From NCBI GenBank assembly GCA_041946925.1, contig JBHGBI010000002.1, positions 67,299-131,298 of the forward strand: 64,000 bases of DNA. The letters run 5' to 3'. Below, in pieces: positions 45,918 through 54,405 of this stretch (the first letter of the stretch is position 1; each line of letters starts with the position of its first letter). A program made the translations under genes and the position numbers. The DNA comes from Syntrophales bacterium. GTDB lineage: Bacteria; Desulfobacterota; Syntrophia; Syntrophales; UBA4778. The notes under the pieces were generated by a model. It was given only the letters and a program-made list of their open reading frames with translations, did no database searches and was not told where the DNA came from.

Positions 45918-47255
45918 TTAGAAGTTCAGTGTCAGCCTGTGCATCAGGAGCCAGTCGTTCTGGGTCTGGGCAGCGGCGCTGGTGCCTTTCCAGGCATCGC
46001 CGGCCCACAGGTAGCCGAAGCCGATCATGTAGGACAGGTTGTCGAAAATCTTGTATGTCGCGGTGATATCCGCTTCGTTTCCGACCTTGTCATCCACGTA
46101 GCCGGTCGGCTTCTCGTTCAGCTTCACATACGAGTAGCTGGCGAAGAGCTCGAGCTTGTCGATCGGCTTGAAGCCGACAAATCCCTGATAGAGCTGGAAG
46201 TTGTTGGCGCCGTTTGACGAGTAAGTATTGCCGAGTACTGCTGTTCCGCCGCTTCCGAGGGCTCCGAGATACTTATCCCGGTCGGAGTTGAGGAGGATCA
46301 GGCAGGGCTTCCACTCGCGGCCGCTCGAAATGCCGGCTTCGTACTTGTCGGCCGTTGAGGGATCGTCACCGGATACATAGGCGTACTGGACTCCGACATA
46401 GGCGGGGCCGACATTGTAGCGGAGCAGGCCGTAGAGGTCATAGCCGCGCCGCGAGATATCGGTCGTCGTGCTTTCGTAATCCCTGTAATCGCCGGTTACG
46501 TAGTTGATCTCGAATTCAAAGTACACGGGCCCGAAAGTCATCCGGCCATAGGGTACGAACCGGTGATAGATAGCCTGGTAGGGATCGGCGGTTGTTCTTC
46601 CGGTCTTGTCCACATAGTAGACATAGCCCAGCCCGGCGTCACCCGTCGCCCATTTGTAAATGGCGACCATCTGGACATAGTTGAAATCGACATCAGACTG
46701 ATTTACATACGAAATACTTGCAGGATTCGTGACTTCCTTCTCGGTTCCCTTTTCCGGGCTGACGATGAAGGTCCAGGGGCCGAAATAGCCGTACCAGCGG
46801 ACCATGCCCGCGGTATTGTCGTTATCCGCGAAGAGCGGTCCCAGGGTGCCCGTGGGGGCGTAACCGACGCGGAGCATGCCCTTGGGGATGTTGAATTCGG
46901 CATAGGCGCGCTCGAATTCGATGTTCTCTCTCGCGTACCTGGAGCTGTCATTCAGACGGTCCTTGGTGTCGGCAGTGCCTGTTTTGTCTCCCCAGATCTT
47001 GTCCAGGGCGTAAATCCTGGTCTTCAGGGCGAGGCCTTCCGATACCTTGAAGGTGGTATCCAGCCTGAGGCTCTGATCGAAAATACCCGTTGCCGGGGCC
47101 TTCGTTACTGACGAATCGTCCCTCAGGTTCCTCGCGGTTTCATACCAGCCCTCCGCCTTGAACTGACCGCTGAACTGCACATCCACTGCCGCGGCGGGCA
47201 GACTGAAGGCGGCGATCAGGCCTGCAGCGAGCAAGCATACGATTAATCTCTTCAT
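45918..47255 (-). CDS. outer-membrane beta-barrel porin, family not recognised
   Basis: Signal peptide MKRLIVCLLAAGLIAAFSLPAAA. Composition shows alternating Tyr/Gly-rich beta strands, and the C-terminus ends LTLNF (terminal Phe). Confidence 0.75.
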   Translation of the reverse strand: MKRLIVCLLAAGLIAAFSLPAAAVDVQFSGQFKAEGWYETARNLRDDSSVTKAPATGIFDQSLRLDTTFKVSEGLALKTRIYALDKIWGDKTGTADTKDRLNDSSRYARENIEFERAYAEFNIPKGMLRVGYAPTGTLGPLFADNDNTAGMVRWYGYFGPWTFIVSPEKGTEKEVTNPASISYVNQSDVDFNYVQMVAIYKWATGDAGLGYVYYVDKTGRTTADPYQAIYHRFVPYGRMTFGPVYFEFEINYVTGDYRDYESTTTDISRRGYDLYGLLRYNVGPAYVGVQYAYVSGDDPSTADKYEAGISSGREWKPCLILLNSDRDKYLGALGSGGTAVLGNTYSSNGANNFQLYQGFVGFKPIDKLELFASYSYVKLNEKPTGYVDDKVGNEADITATYKIFDNLSYMIGFGYLWAGDAWKGTSAAAQTQNDWLLMHRLTLNF

Positions 47256-47545
47256 GTCTTCCTCCTATTTGTTGGTTTTGATCCGTCTCCTTCCCCCCAT
47301 GCACGTTTCCGGGAAGGATCCTGTTTCCAACTCGGTTCTGCTGCTTGTTAAAAGTGATGATACCGGCATCGGCCGGTGGCATTTAACCCCTCGATATTAC
47401 TTGCCGGATACTCACCTCCTTTCTTTTTTCAAACGTATAGAACCCCGTATACTACATACTGGGGGTACAACTAACATCTACTTACCTCGGGTGTCAAGAA
47501 AAAAAAGCATGTGAAGGGGTGAAAGGGGGAAGGTGAAAAGAGACG

Positions 47546-47572
47546 TCATCCTTCGGCAGGCTCAGGATGACG
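47546..47572. repeat. family-b repeat, hairpin form
   Basis: GTCATCC-TTCGGCAGGCTCA-GGATGAC forms a 7-bp stem and contains the CCTTCGGCAGGCTCAGGATGACG core. Confidence 0.7.
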
Positions 47573-47671
47573 CTGCAAAAGGCGAAGGGCGAAAGCGGGA
47601 AACTCGGGATTCTGAACTCGGAACCGGGGAGCCTGCATAGCGGAAGCTGTGCAAATTTCACTAAATTTTTC

Positions 47672-47700
47672 TTGACATGGCAATGTTGCCAATTTATACT
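47672..47700 (+). promoter_or_regulatory. near-consensus sigma70 promoter upstream of acs
   Basis: TTGACA (47672-47677), an exact 17-nt spacer, then TATACT (47695-47700). It is the only strong promoter-like site in the 690-bp gap. Confidence 0.65.
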
Positions 47701-47721
47701 CCGTCGAATTTTGGTTCCGGG

Positions 47722-47759
47722 GGGTGCCCGTGTTTAAAACCGTCCACGGCGCCTTTTTT
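47722..47759 (+). terminator. intrinsic-terminator-like hairpin early in the acs leader
   Basis: GGGTGCCCGTG (47722-47732) pairs with CACGGCGCC (47745-47753) in about 9 bp with one bulge, followed by T6 (47754-47759). It begins about 15 nt after the predicted TSS and lies about 190 nt before the acs ATG. Confidence 0.55.
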
Positions 47760-47945
47760 CGGGGCGATTTCAGCGCAGTTTCGTAATTTTCTTTCTTTTC
47801 TTTTAAGAACATGCCTTTGCAATTCGATGCCAAACCGAATGGGGAATTTTGATCTGAGCGGTCCTGCGGGTTTGATCTCCCCCTTTGTGAAATTAGAATG
47901 GCGAAGGAATCAATCGAAAAAGTACTAATGGGAGGTAGTTAAAGC

Positions 47946-49919
47946 ATGGCAGAAGAAAAGGTTCAGTTGAAGGAAGTATATCCGGTACCGGGAAAAATCG
48001 AAAAGATGGCGTACATAGGAGGCCGGGCGGCTTATGATAAACTGTACAAGCGCTCTATAGAGGATCCAGAGGGATTCTGGTCCGAAGTCGCCTCGGAGTA
48101 CGTGGAATGGTTCAAAAAATGGGATAAAGTCGAGGATTATAATTTCGATGTCAGGAAAGGTCCCATCTACGTGAAGTTCTTCACGAACGGGAAACTCAAC
48201 GTCTCCTACAACTGCCTGGACAAGCAGCTCAAGACAAGAGGGAACAAGATCGCCATCCAGTGGGAAGGCAACGAGCCGGGCGAGGACAGGGCGTTCACCT
48301 ATAAGCAGCTGCACGAGGAAGTTTGCAAGTTCGCGAATGTCCTCAAAGCCAACGGCGTTAAGAAGGGGGACAGGGTCTGCTTCTATCTGCCGATGATACC
48401 TGAGCTGGCGATCGGCATGCTCGCCTGTACCCGGATCGGTGCTATCCACAGCATCGTTTTCGGAGGCTTCAGCTCCGATTCCCTCAGGGACAGGATCCAG
48501 GACAGCGCGAGTAAAATCCTGGTTACCTGTGACGGCACGTTCCGCGGCAGCAAGGCCGTTCCCCAGAAGACGAACGCGGACGACGCCTTGAAAGAGTGTC
48601 CTTCCGTTGAGAAAGTCATCGTGGTAAAGCGGGTGGGCGACAAGATCAAGTGCGAGATGAATAAAGGAAAAGATATCTGGTGGGACGAGGCGATGGCGAA
48701 AGCGAGCGCCGTTTGTGAGCCGCAGTGGATGGACGCCGAAGATCCCCTCTTTATTCTCTACACATCGGGTTCCACGGGCAAGCCCAAGGGCGTTATGCAT
48801 ACAACGGGTGGATATCTGGTCTACGTTGCTTACACTCACAAGATGATTTTCGATTACCATGAAAACGATGTCTACTGGTGCACCGCCGACATCGGCTGGG
48901 TCACCGGGCACAGCTACATTGTCTACGGACCGCTCTGCAATGGAGCCACCTCGGTCATGTTCGAAGGCGTGCCCAACTACCCCGATGTCAGCCGGTTCTG
49001 GAAAATTGTTGAAAAGTACAAAGTCAATATTTTCTATACAGCCCCGACAGCCATCCGTGCGATCGCGAAAGAGGGGAGCGAGTGGGTGAAGAAGGCGGAT
49101 ATTTCCTCCCTGAGGATTCTCGGGACAGTCGGAGAGCCGATCAACCCCGAGGCGTGGAACTGGTATTACAATACAGTCGGCCGCGGCGAGTGCCCGATCG
49201 TGGATACCTGGTGGCAGACCGAAACGGGCGGCATCCTCATTACGCCCCTGCCCGGCGCTATCGATATCAAACCCGGAATGGCGACCCTTCCCTTCATGGG
49301 AGTCGAGCCCGTGCTCGTGGACGACCAGACGGGGGCCGAAATAAAGGAAACGGTGGCTACAGGCGCCCTCTGTATCAGGAAGCCCTGGCCCGGAATCATG
49401 AGGGGCGTTTACGGCGATCCCATGAGATTTCAGGAGACCTACTTCGAGCAGTTCCCCGGCTATTATTTCACCGGTGACGGCGCGAGAAGAGACAAGGACG
49501 GCTACTACCAGATCACCGGACGCATCGACGATGTTATCAATGTATCCGGCCACAGGATGGGTACCGCCGAAGTCGAAAGCGCCCTGGTGGCCCATCCCTC
49601 TGTCGCGGAAGCGGCGGTCGTCGGTTATCCGCACGAGATCAAAGGCCAGTCTATCTATGCGTATGTCACGCTGAAGACGGGTGTAAAGAAATCGGAAGAG
49701 CTGAAGAAAGAGCTTATCGCGCACGTAAGGACGCTGATCGGCCCGATCGCCACGCCGGAAAAGATCCAGTGGGCGGACGGTCTTCCCAAGACCAGGAGCG
49801 GCAAGATCATGAGAAGGATCCTGAAGAAAGTGGCGGCCGGCGATGTTACGGATCTGGGAGACACGACCACGCTTGCCGATCCGTCCGTTGTTGATGATAT
49901 AGTGAAGAACAGGCTATAA
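47946..49919 (+). CDS. acs: AMP-forming acetyl-CoA synthetase
   Basis: 657 aa and Acs-like throughout ([65 protein letters not shown]). GGGAGG lies upstream of the ATG. Confidence 0.96.
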   Translation: MAEEKVQLKEVYPVPGKIEKMAYIGGRAAYDKLYKRSIEDPEGFWSEVASEYVEWFKKWDKVEDYNFDVRKGPIYVKFFTNGKLNVSYNCLDKQLKTRGNKIAIQWEGNEPGEDRAFTYKQLHEEVCKFANVLKANGVKKGDRVCFYLPMIPELAIGMLACTRIGAIHSIVFGGFSSDSLRDRIQDSASKILVTCDGTFRGSKAVPQKTNADDALKECPSVEKVIVVKRVGDKIKCEMNKGKDIWWDEAMAKASAVCEPQWMDAEDPLFILYTSGSTGKPKGVMHTTGGYLVYVAYTHKMIFDYHENDVYWCTADIGWVTGHSYIVYGPLCNGATSVMFEGVPNYPDVSRFWKIVEKYKVNIFYTAPTAIRAIAKEGSEWVKKADISSLRILGTVGEPINPEAWNWYYNTVGRGECPIVDTWWQTETGGILITPLPGAIDIKPGMATLPFMGVEPVLVDDQTGAEIKETVATGALCIRKPWPGIMRGVYGDPMRFQETYFEQFPGYYFTGDGARRDKDGYYQITGRIDDVINVSGHRMGTAEVESALVAHPSVAEAAVVGYPHEIKGQSIYAYVTLKTGVKKSEELKKELIAHVRTLIGPIATPEKIQWADGLPKTRSGKIMRRILKKVAAGDVTDLGDTTTLADPSVVDDIVKNRL

Positions 49920-49920
49920 C

Positions 49921-50005
49921 AAGGCAAATGGCGAAAGGCAAAAGGCAGAAGGAGAAAAAGTCGGTTCTCCGGCCTTTAGCCCTTGGCCGGCAGCCTTCAA
50001 CCCTT
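49921..50005. repeat. family-c imperfect palindrome built from AAAGGC-type units
   Basis: The left arm AAGGCAAATGGCGAAAGGCAAAAGGCAGAAGGAGAA is largely complementary to the right arm TTCTCCGGCCTTTAGCCCTTGGCCGGCAGCCTT. Cores are GGAGAA/TTCTCC and AAAGGC/GCCTTT. Confidence 0.65.
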
Positions 50006-50083
50006 ATTAACCTCAAATGATGGATGAGCCGGCCGGCGACTCTGGAGGGTGCGCCGGCCCTTGTCCCGGGAAAGGAGGAAAAC

Positions 50084-50854
50084 GTGAATATTATTGCATG
50101 TGTAAAACAAGTTCCGGATACGGAAGCCCTGATCAAAGTGAAACCGGATGGGTCCGGTATTGTTGAAGAAGGCATCAAGTGGGTTATGAATCCGTATGAC
50201 GAGTTCGGCGTAGAAGAAGCCTTGAGATTGAAGGAAAAATACGGCGGCGACGTGACCATCATATCCGTGGGCCCGGCCCGGGCGATGGAAACGATCAGAA
50301 CGGCTCTCGCCATGGGCGCCGAGAAGGGGGTTCATATCGACGATCCCTCCCTTTACGGCGCTGATGCGTTTACTACGGCAACGGCCCTGGCCGCCGCGAT
50401 CAAAACCCTTCCTTATGACATAATCTTCTGCGGCCAGAGGGCGATCGATGACGATTCCGGCCAGGTCGGCGCTGTACTCGCCGAGCTGCTGGGAATCCCG
50501 CAGATTACGATCGCGACCAAACTGGAGATCGTGGACAAGTCGGTCAAGGTCGTGAGGCCCGTCGAAGGCGCGCAGCTCGTGATCCAGAGTCCCCTCCCCT
50601 GTGTTATTACCGCACAGAAAGGGCTCAATGAGCCACGCTATGCATCGCTGCCCGGCATCATGAAGGCCAAGAAGAAACCGGTTGATGTCAAGAATGCGGC
50701 GGCCCTGGGGATTACCGCCGACATCAAAGCCAGGGTCGTGAAAACTGTACCTCCGCCTGCAAGGCCTCCTGGAAAAATTATCGAAGGTGAAGACCCGGCT
50801 CAGAAGGCTGCAACGGTGTGCAAGCTTCTCAGGGAAGAGGCGAAGGTTATCTAA
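50084..50854 (+). CDS. etfB: electron transfer flavoprotein, beta subunit
   Basis: GTG 50084 has AAGGAGG 5 nt upstream. VNIIACVKQVPDTEALIKV..NPYDEFGVEEALRLKE is typical of EtfB. Confidence 0.93.
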   Translation: MNIIACVKQVPDTEALIKVKPDGSGIVEEGIKWVMNPYDEFGVEEALRLKEKYGGDVTIISVGPARAMETIRTALAMGAEKGVHIDDPSLYGADAFTTATALAAAIKTLPYDIIFCGQRAIDDDSGQVGAVLAELLGIPQITIATKLEIVDKSVKVVRPVEGAQLVIQSPLPCVITAQKGLNEPRYASLPGIMKAKKKPVDVKNAAALGITADIKARVVKTVPPPARPPGKIIEGEDPAQKAATVCKLLREEAKVI

Positions 50855-50877
50855 AATATAAAAGGGAGGAATATAAA

Positions 50878-51858
50878 ATGGCAAAAGGTGTGTGGATTGT
50901 TGCAGAACAAAGAGACGGCGCCTTACGCAAAGTAAGTCTTGAATGCGCCAGTACAGCCAGGAAGCTTGCCGATCAGCTTGGAGAAGAAGTCTGTGCCGTT
51001 TTACTGGGCTCAGGCGTGGAAGCGATGGCCGGCCAGCTTGGAAAATGCGGCGTAGATAAAGTATATCTGGCGGATGATCCCGCTTTTGAACCCTATACAA
51101 CCGATGCCCATGCCGCGGCCGTGGCAAAGGTCGTGAAAGAAAACAGCCCGTCCATTCTTCTGCTGGCCGCGTCGGCCCAGGGGAAGGACCTCTCGGCGAG
51201 ACTGGTCGGCAAACTGGCGACCGGAATGGCTTCGGATTGTACTGATCTGAAGATAGTAGACGGCAAGCTCGTCGCCGTGAGGCCCATGTATGCGGGCAAG
51301 TGTTACGGTGAAGTTGTGGTTTCCGGCTCCCCGCAGATGGCCTCGCTGAGGCCCAATGTTTTTCCCGTCGTGGAAAACGCGAAGGCCGGAGAGGTCGTGA
51401 AATTCGATCCGGGTCTGGATCCTGCCTCTTTGAAGACAAAGGTTCTTGAAGTGCAGAAAGATACGGGCGGTGCCCTGGACGTTTCCGAGGCCAATATCAT
51501 CGTATCCGGCGGACGCGGGATGAAAGGCCCCGAGAATTACGTGATTCTCGAGGAGCTGGCCGGAGTCCTCAAGGGGGCTGTCGGCGCTTCGAGGGCTGCC
51601 GTGGACGCGGGATGGAGGCCCTTGAAGGATCAGGTCGGCCAGACTGGGAAGACCGTTTCTCCGAACCTGTATATCGCCTGTGGTATTTCGGGCGCAATTC
51701 AGCATCTCGCGGGGATGAGCTCTTCCAAATATATCGTGGCGATCAATAAGGATCCGGAAGCCCCGATCTTCGCGAAAGCCGATTACGGTATCGTGGACGA
51801 TCTCTTCAAAGTCGTTCCGGAAATGACAAAAGAATGCAAGAAATTGCTTGCTGAATAG
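50878..51858 (+). CDS. etfA: electron transfer flavoprotein, alpha subunit
   Basis: MAKGVWIVAEQRDGAL.. and the FAD domain (VGQTGKTVSPNLYIACGISGAIQHLAGM..IVAINKDPEAPIF). Confidence 0.93.
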   Translation: MAKGVWIVAEQRDGALRKVSLECASTARKLADQLGEEVCAVLLGSGVEAMAGQLGKCGVDKVYLADDPAFEPYTTDAHAAAVAKVVKENSPSILLLAASAQGKDLSARLVGKLATGMASDCTDLKIVDGKLVAVRPMYAGKCYGEVVVSGSPQMASLRPNVFPVVENAKAGEVVKFDPGLDPASLKTKVLEVQKDTGGALDVSEANIIVSGGRGMKGPENYVILEELAGVLKGAVGASRAAVDAGWRPLKDQVGQTGKTVSPNLYIACGISGAIQHLAGMSSSKYIVAINKDPEAPIFAKADYGIVDDLFKVVPEMTKECKKLLAE

Positions 51859-51866
51859 AAGCGATA

Positions 51867-51899
51867 TTTTAGGGGGCGGATCGGTTCCGCCCCCTAAAA
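51867..51899. other. perfect 14-bp intercistronic hairpin between etfA and the FeS oxidoreductase gene
   Basis: TTTTAGGGGGCGGA (51867-51880) pairs with TCCGCCCCCTAAAA (51886-51899) across loop TCGGT. No T-tract follows the stem. Confidence 0.7.
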
Positions 51900-51937
51900 T
51901 TGTGGGGGAAGGGAAATGTAAGTGAGGAGGATTCAGT

Positions 51938-54043
51938 ATGGAGACGATGGTTTTTTCTGCCGGCAACGAGGGGCGGGAAGTTTTCTGGAATGCGCATAAT
52001 TTCCAGATACCTCTTGACATATTCGCGTTGATTGCGTTGGCTGTCATGGCCTATGGCATTTATAAGAGATGGCAGCTCTGGACCGCCATGGGGAAGCCGG
52101 AGTTGCGAACAGACAACCTGGGCGAGAGGATCAAGATCCTCGTAATGAATGGAATCCTGCAGGCATCGGTCTGGAGGGATCGATACCCTGGGCTTATTCA
52201 CGGCCTGATCTTTTTCGCATTCTTTGTCCTTATCTGGGGTGCCGCCTTCGACGCCTTCCAGGCATACTCCGGTATTCACTTCCTGGGGAAACCCTATCTG
52301 ATGTTTTCGTTTATTATGGATTTGTTCGGTCTCTTCGCCATTATCGGGGTGGTCATGGCGATTAACAGGCGTTATTTCCAGAAGCCCGACAGGCTCGGCT
52401 ACAAGGGCAAGATGGACAACAGGGTCGACGATGCCGTTGTGCTGATCCTGATCCTGGCGATCATGGTGACGGGATTCATTATAGAAGGGTTGAGGATCGC
52501 CGCATTCGATTATCCCAAATTCGAACAATGGTCTTTTGTCGGTTATACAACGGCCCTGATGTTCCAGGGCGTCAGCCTTGTCACTTTGAAGGCGTTTCAC
52601 AAGTTCATGTGGTGGTTCCATGCGTTCCTGGCCATGGGCTTTATCGCCTATATACCCTATTCACGGCTGCTGCATATCGTGACTTCGCCCGCCAATCAGT
52701 TCATGAAGACCCTCAAGCCCGTCGGCGCGATCGAGCCTATTCGCGATTTCGAGACGGCCGAGACTTTCGGAGTGGGGAAACTGGACGAGTTCACGTGGAA
52801 GCAGATTTTCGATTCGGACGCATGTACGCGTTGCGGGCGGTGCCAGGACGGCTGTCCGGCTTATCTGACCGGCAAGCCTCTTTCGCCCAAAGAGGTTGTG
52901 CAACACATCAAGGATCACTGGCTGGAGAGGGCGCCGGTTGTCTTTGCCGCGAAAAAAGCGGCTGGAGAAGGCGGGACGCCTGAAATCCCGGAGCCGGAAA
53001 AATCATTGATCAACGACGTCGTCGGCGTCGAGGATATATGGGATTGCACAAACTGCATGCACTGTATGGAACATTGCCCCGTGTTTATCGAGCATGTACC
53101 CAAGATAATCGACATGAGGCGTTACAAGGTTCTCATGGAAGCCGATTTCGCGCCCGAGCTGCAGTTGACTTACAGGAACATGGAAAACAACTCCAACCCC
53201 TGGGGCATCGGTTCGCACCTGAGGGCCGATTGGGCCAAGGATCTCGGCGTCAAGACCATGGCGGAAGATCCCAATGTGGAATACCTGTTCTATGTAGGGT
53301 GTTCCGGTTCCTTCGACGACAGGGGAAAGAAGATTTCCACGGCGTTCGCCAAAATACTGAAAGAAGCGGGCGTCAGTTTCGCGATCCTCGGAACAGAGGA
53401 AGGCTGCTGCGGCGATTCCGCAATGAGAGGCGGGAACGAATATCTCTATCAGGCTCTGGCTCAATACAACATCGAGATTATGAACGGATACGGCGTAAAG
53501 AAAATCATTGCGACCTGTCCCCACGGGTATAATGCGCTCAAGAAGGATTATCCGCAGTTCGGCGGCAATTACGAAGTCTACCATCATACAGAGATCCTGG
53601 CCGACCTGATTGCGAGCGGCAGGATTCAGTTGAGGAAGCCCCTGGAAGGGCTGTTTACGCTCCACGATTCTTGCTTCCTGGGGAGGTATAACAAGATTTA
53701 CGACCAGCCCAGGAAGATACTCGGCGCCATCCCCGGGATCAAGATGGTGGAGATGGAGAAGAGCCTCGACAGGAGCTTCTGCTGCGGTGCCGGCGGCGCC
53801 AGGATGTGGATGGAGGAACATCACGGTGAAAGGATAAACAACACGAGAACGGATATGGCCATCGCGACTAACTGTGACAAGATCGCCACCGCCTGCCCGT
53901 TCTGCATGACCATGCTGAGCGACGGCCTCAAGGACCGCGGCAAGGAAGAGACAATGGCCGCTATGGATATAGCCGAGCTGGTCTGGCTGGCCATGGGCGT
54001 GGAAGAGAGTAAGAAGGGAGAAACTGATTCGCAGGTAGCCTGA
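51938..54043 (+). CDS. membrane-bound FeS oxidoreductase (DUF224 / HdrD-GlpC-like with an N-terminal NarI-like membrane domain), the ETF-associated type
   Basis: About 6 N-terminal TM helices, two ferredoxin-type clusters (CTRCGRCQDGCP, CTNCMHCMEHCP) and two CCG domains (EGCCGDS, SFCCGAGG, CPFCMTM). It lies directly downstream of etfBA. Confidence 0.88.
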   Translation: METMVFSAGNEGREVFWNAHNFQIPLDIFALIALAVMAYGIYKRWQLWTAMGKPELRTDNLGERIKILVMNGILQASVWRDRYPGLIHGLIFFAFFVLIWGAAFDAFQAYSGIHFLGKPYLMFSFIMDLFGLFAIIGVVMAINRRYFQKPDRLGYKGKMDNRVDDAVVLILILAIMVTGFIIEGLRIAAFDYPKFEQWSFVGYTTALMFQGVSLVTLKAFHKFMWWFHAFLAMGFIAYIPYSRLLHIVTSPANQFMKTLKPVGAIEPIRDFETAETFGVGKLDEFTWKQIFDSDACTRCGRCQDGCPAYLTGKPLSPKEVVQHIKDHWLERAPVVFAAKKAAGEGGTPEIPEPEKSLINDVVGVEDIWDCTNCMHCMEHCPVFIEHVPKIIDMRRYKVLMEADFAPELQLTYRNMENNSNPWGIGSHLRADWAKDLGVKTMAEDPNVEYLFYVGCSGSFDDRGKKISTAFAKILKEAGVSFAILGTEEGCCGDSAMRGGNEYLYQALAQYNIEIMNGYGVKKIIATCPHGYNALKKDYPQFGGNYEVYHHTEILADLIASGRIQLRKPLEGLFTLHDSCFLGRYNKIYDQPRKILGAIPGIKMVEMEKSLDRSFCCGAGGARMWMEEHHGERINNTRTDMAIATNCDKIATACPFCMTMLSDGLKDRGKEETMAAMDIAELVWLAMGVEESKKGETDSQVA

Positions 54044-54076
54044 AAGCAGGTGTCAGGTGCTGGGTGTTGGACATCA

Positions 54077-54109
54077 AAAGTCCCCGGTTTAAAACCGGGG
54101 ACTTTTTTT
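54077..54109 (+). terminator. rho-independent terminator after the FeS oxidoreductase gene
   Basis: GTCCCCGGTT-TAA-AACCGGGGAC forms a 10-bp stem and is followed by T7. Confidence 0.88.
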
Positions 54110-54134
54110 ATGGAATTTTCTGCGATTAATTGAT

Positions 54135-54333
54135 AAGGGGATTTTATCCAAATCTCCCCCGACCCCTCTTTTCTAAAGAGGGGAGTGAAGTGGAAATATT
54201 CCCCTTTGATAAAGGGGTAAAAACAATATTTCCCTTTTGTAAAGGTAAAAATAGTCCCCCTTTTGCAAAGGGAAAATAGTATCCCCCCTTTCATAAAGGG
54301 GGGGTAGGGGGGATTTAAGTATTTGATAAAAAC
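54135..54333 (+). repeat. family-a multi-hairpin repeat (U1 tail, U2-U3-U4-U5-U1, U3 remnant)
   Basis: A series of CnTn-N3-AnGn hairpins, for example CCCCTCTTTTCTAAAGAGGGG, CCCCTTTGATAAAGGGG, CCCTTTTGTAAAGG, CCCCCTTTTGCAAAGGG and CCCCCCTTTCATAAAGGGGGGG. The listed ORF 53821..54372 is spurious. Confidence 0.85.
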
Positions 54334-54405
54334 AGGCCGGGCGAAATCAGATATTGTTCTGGGTTGAAACAATTACAGTCCGGAAGTGAAGAAAGGGGGT
54401 AGTAT

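Noticed and set aside
47256-47545. Long (over 230 nt) upstream region of the porin gene, with a minus-strand TTGACA at 47497-47492, as a possible regulatory leader.
   Set aside because: I found no acceptable -10 at proper spacing and no recognisable motif. Only small hairpins are present (for example ACCGGC-CGAT-GCCGGT). That is insufficient to call a feature.
47925-49724. Very long antisense ORFs opposite real genes: 599 aa opposite acs. Others are 54373..56178 (601 aa, opposite fadD), 328..1620, 35410..36636, 49997..51439, 59585..60739 and 53003..53824.
   Set aside because: Each lies entirely within a confidently identified gene on the other strand. They have Arg/Gly/Pro/His-rich low-complexity composition, no RBS and no recognisable domains. 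These are typical shadow frames of moderately GC-rich coding DNA.
54135-54333. Could the regularly spaced hairpin repeats be a CRISPR array?
   Set aside because: The units differ from one another (five unit types), are directly abutting with no unique spacers of constant length, and no cas genes are present. They behave like REP/MITE-type intergenic repeats.
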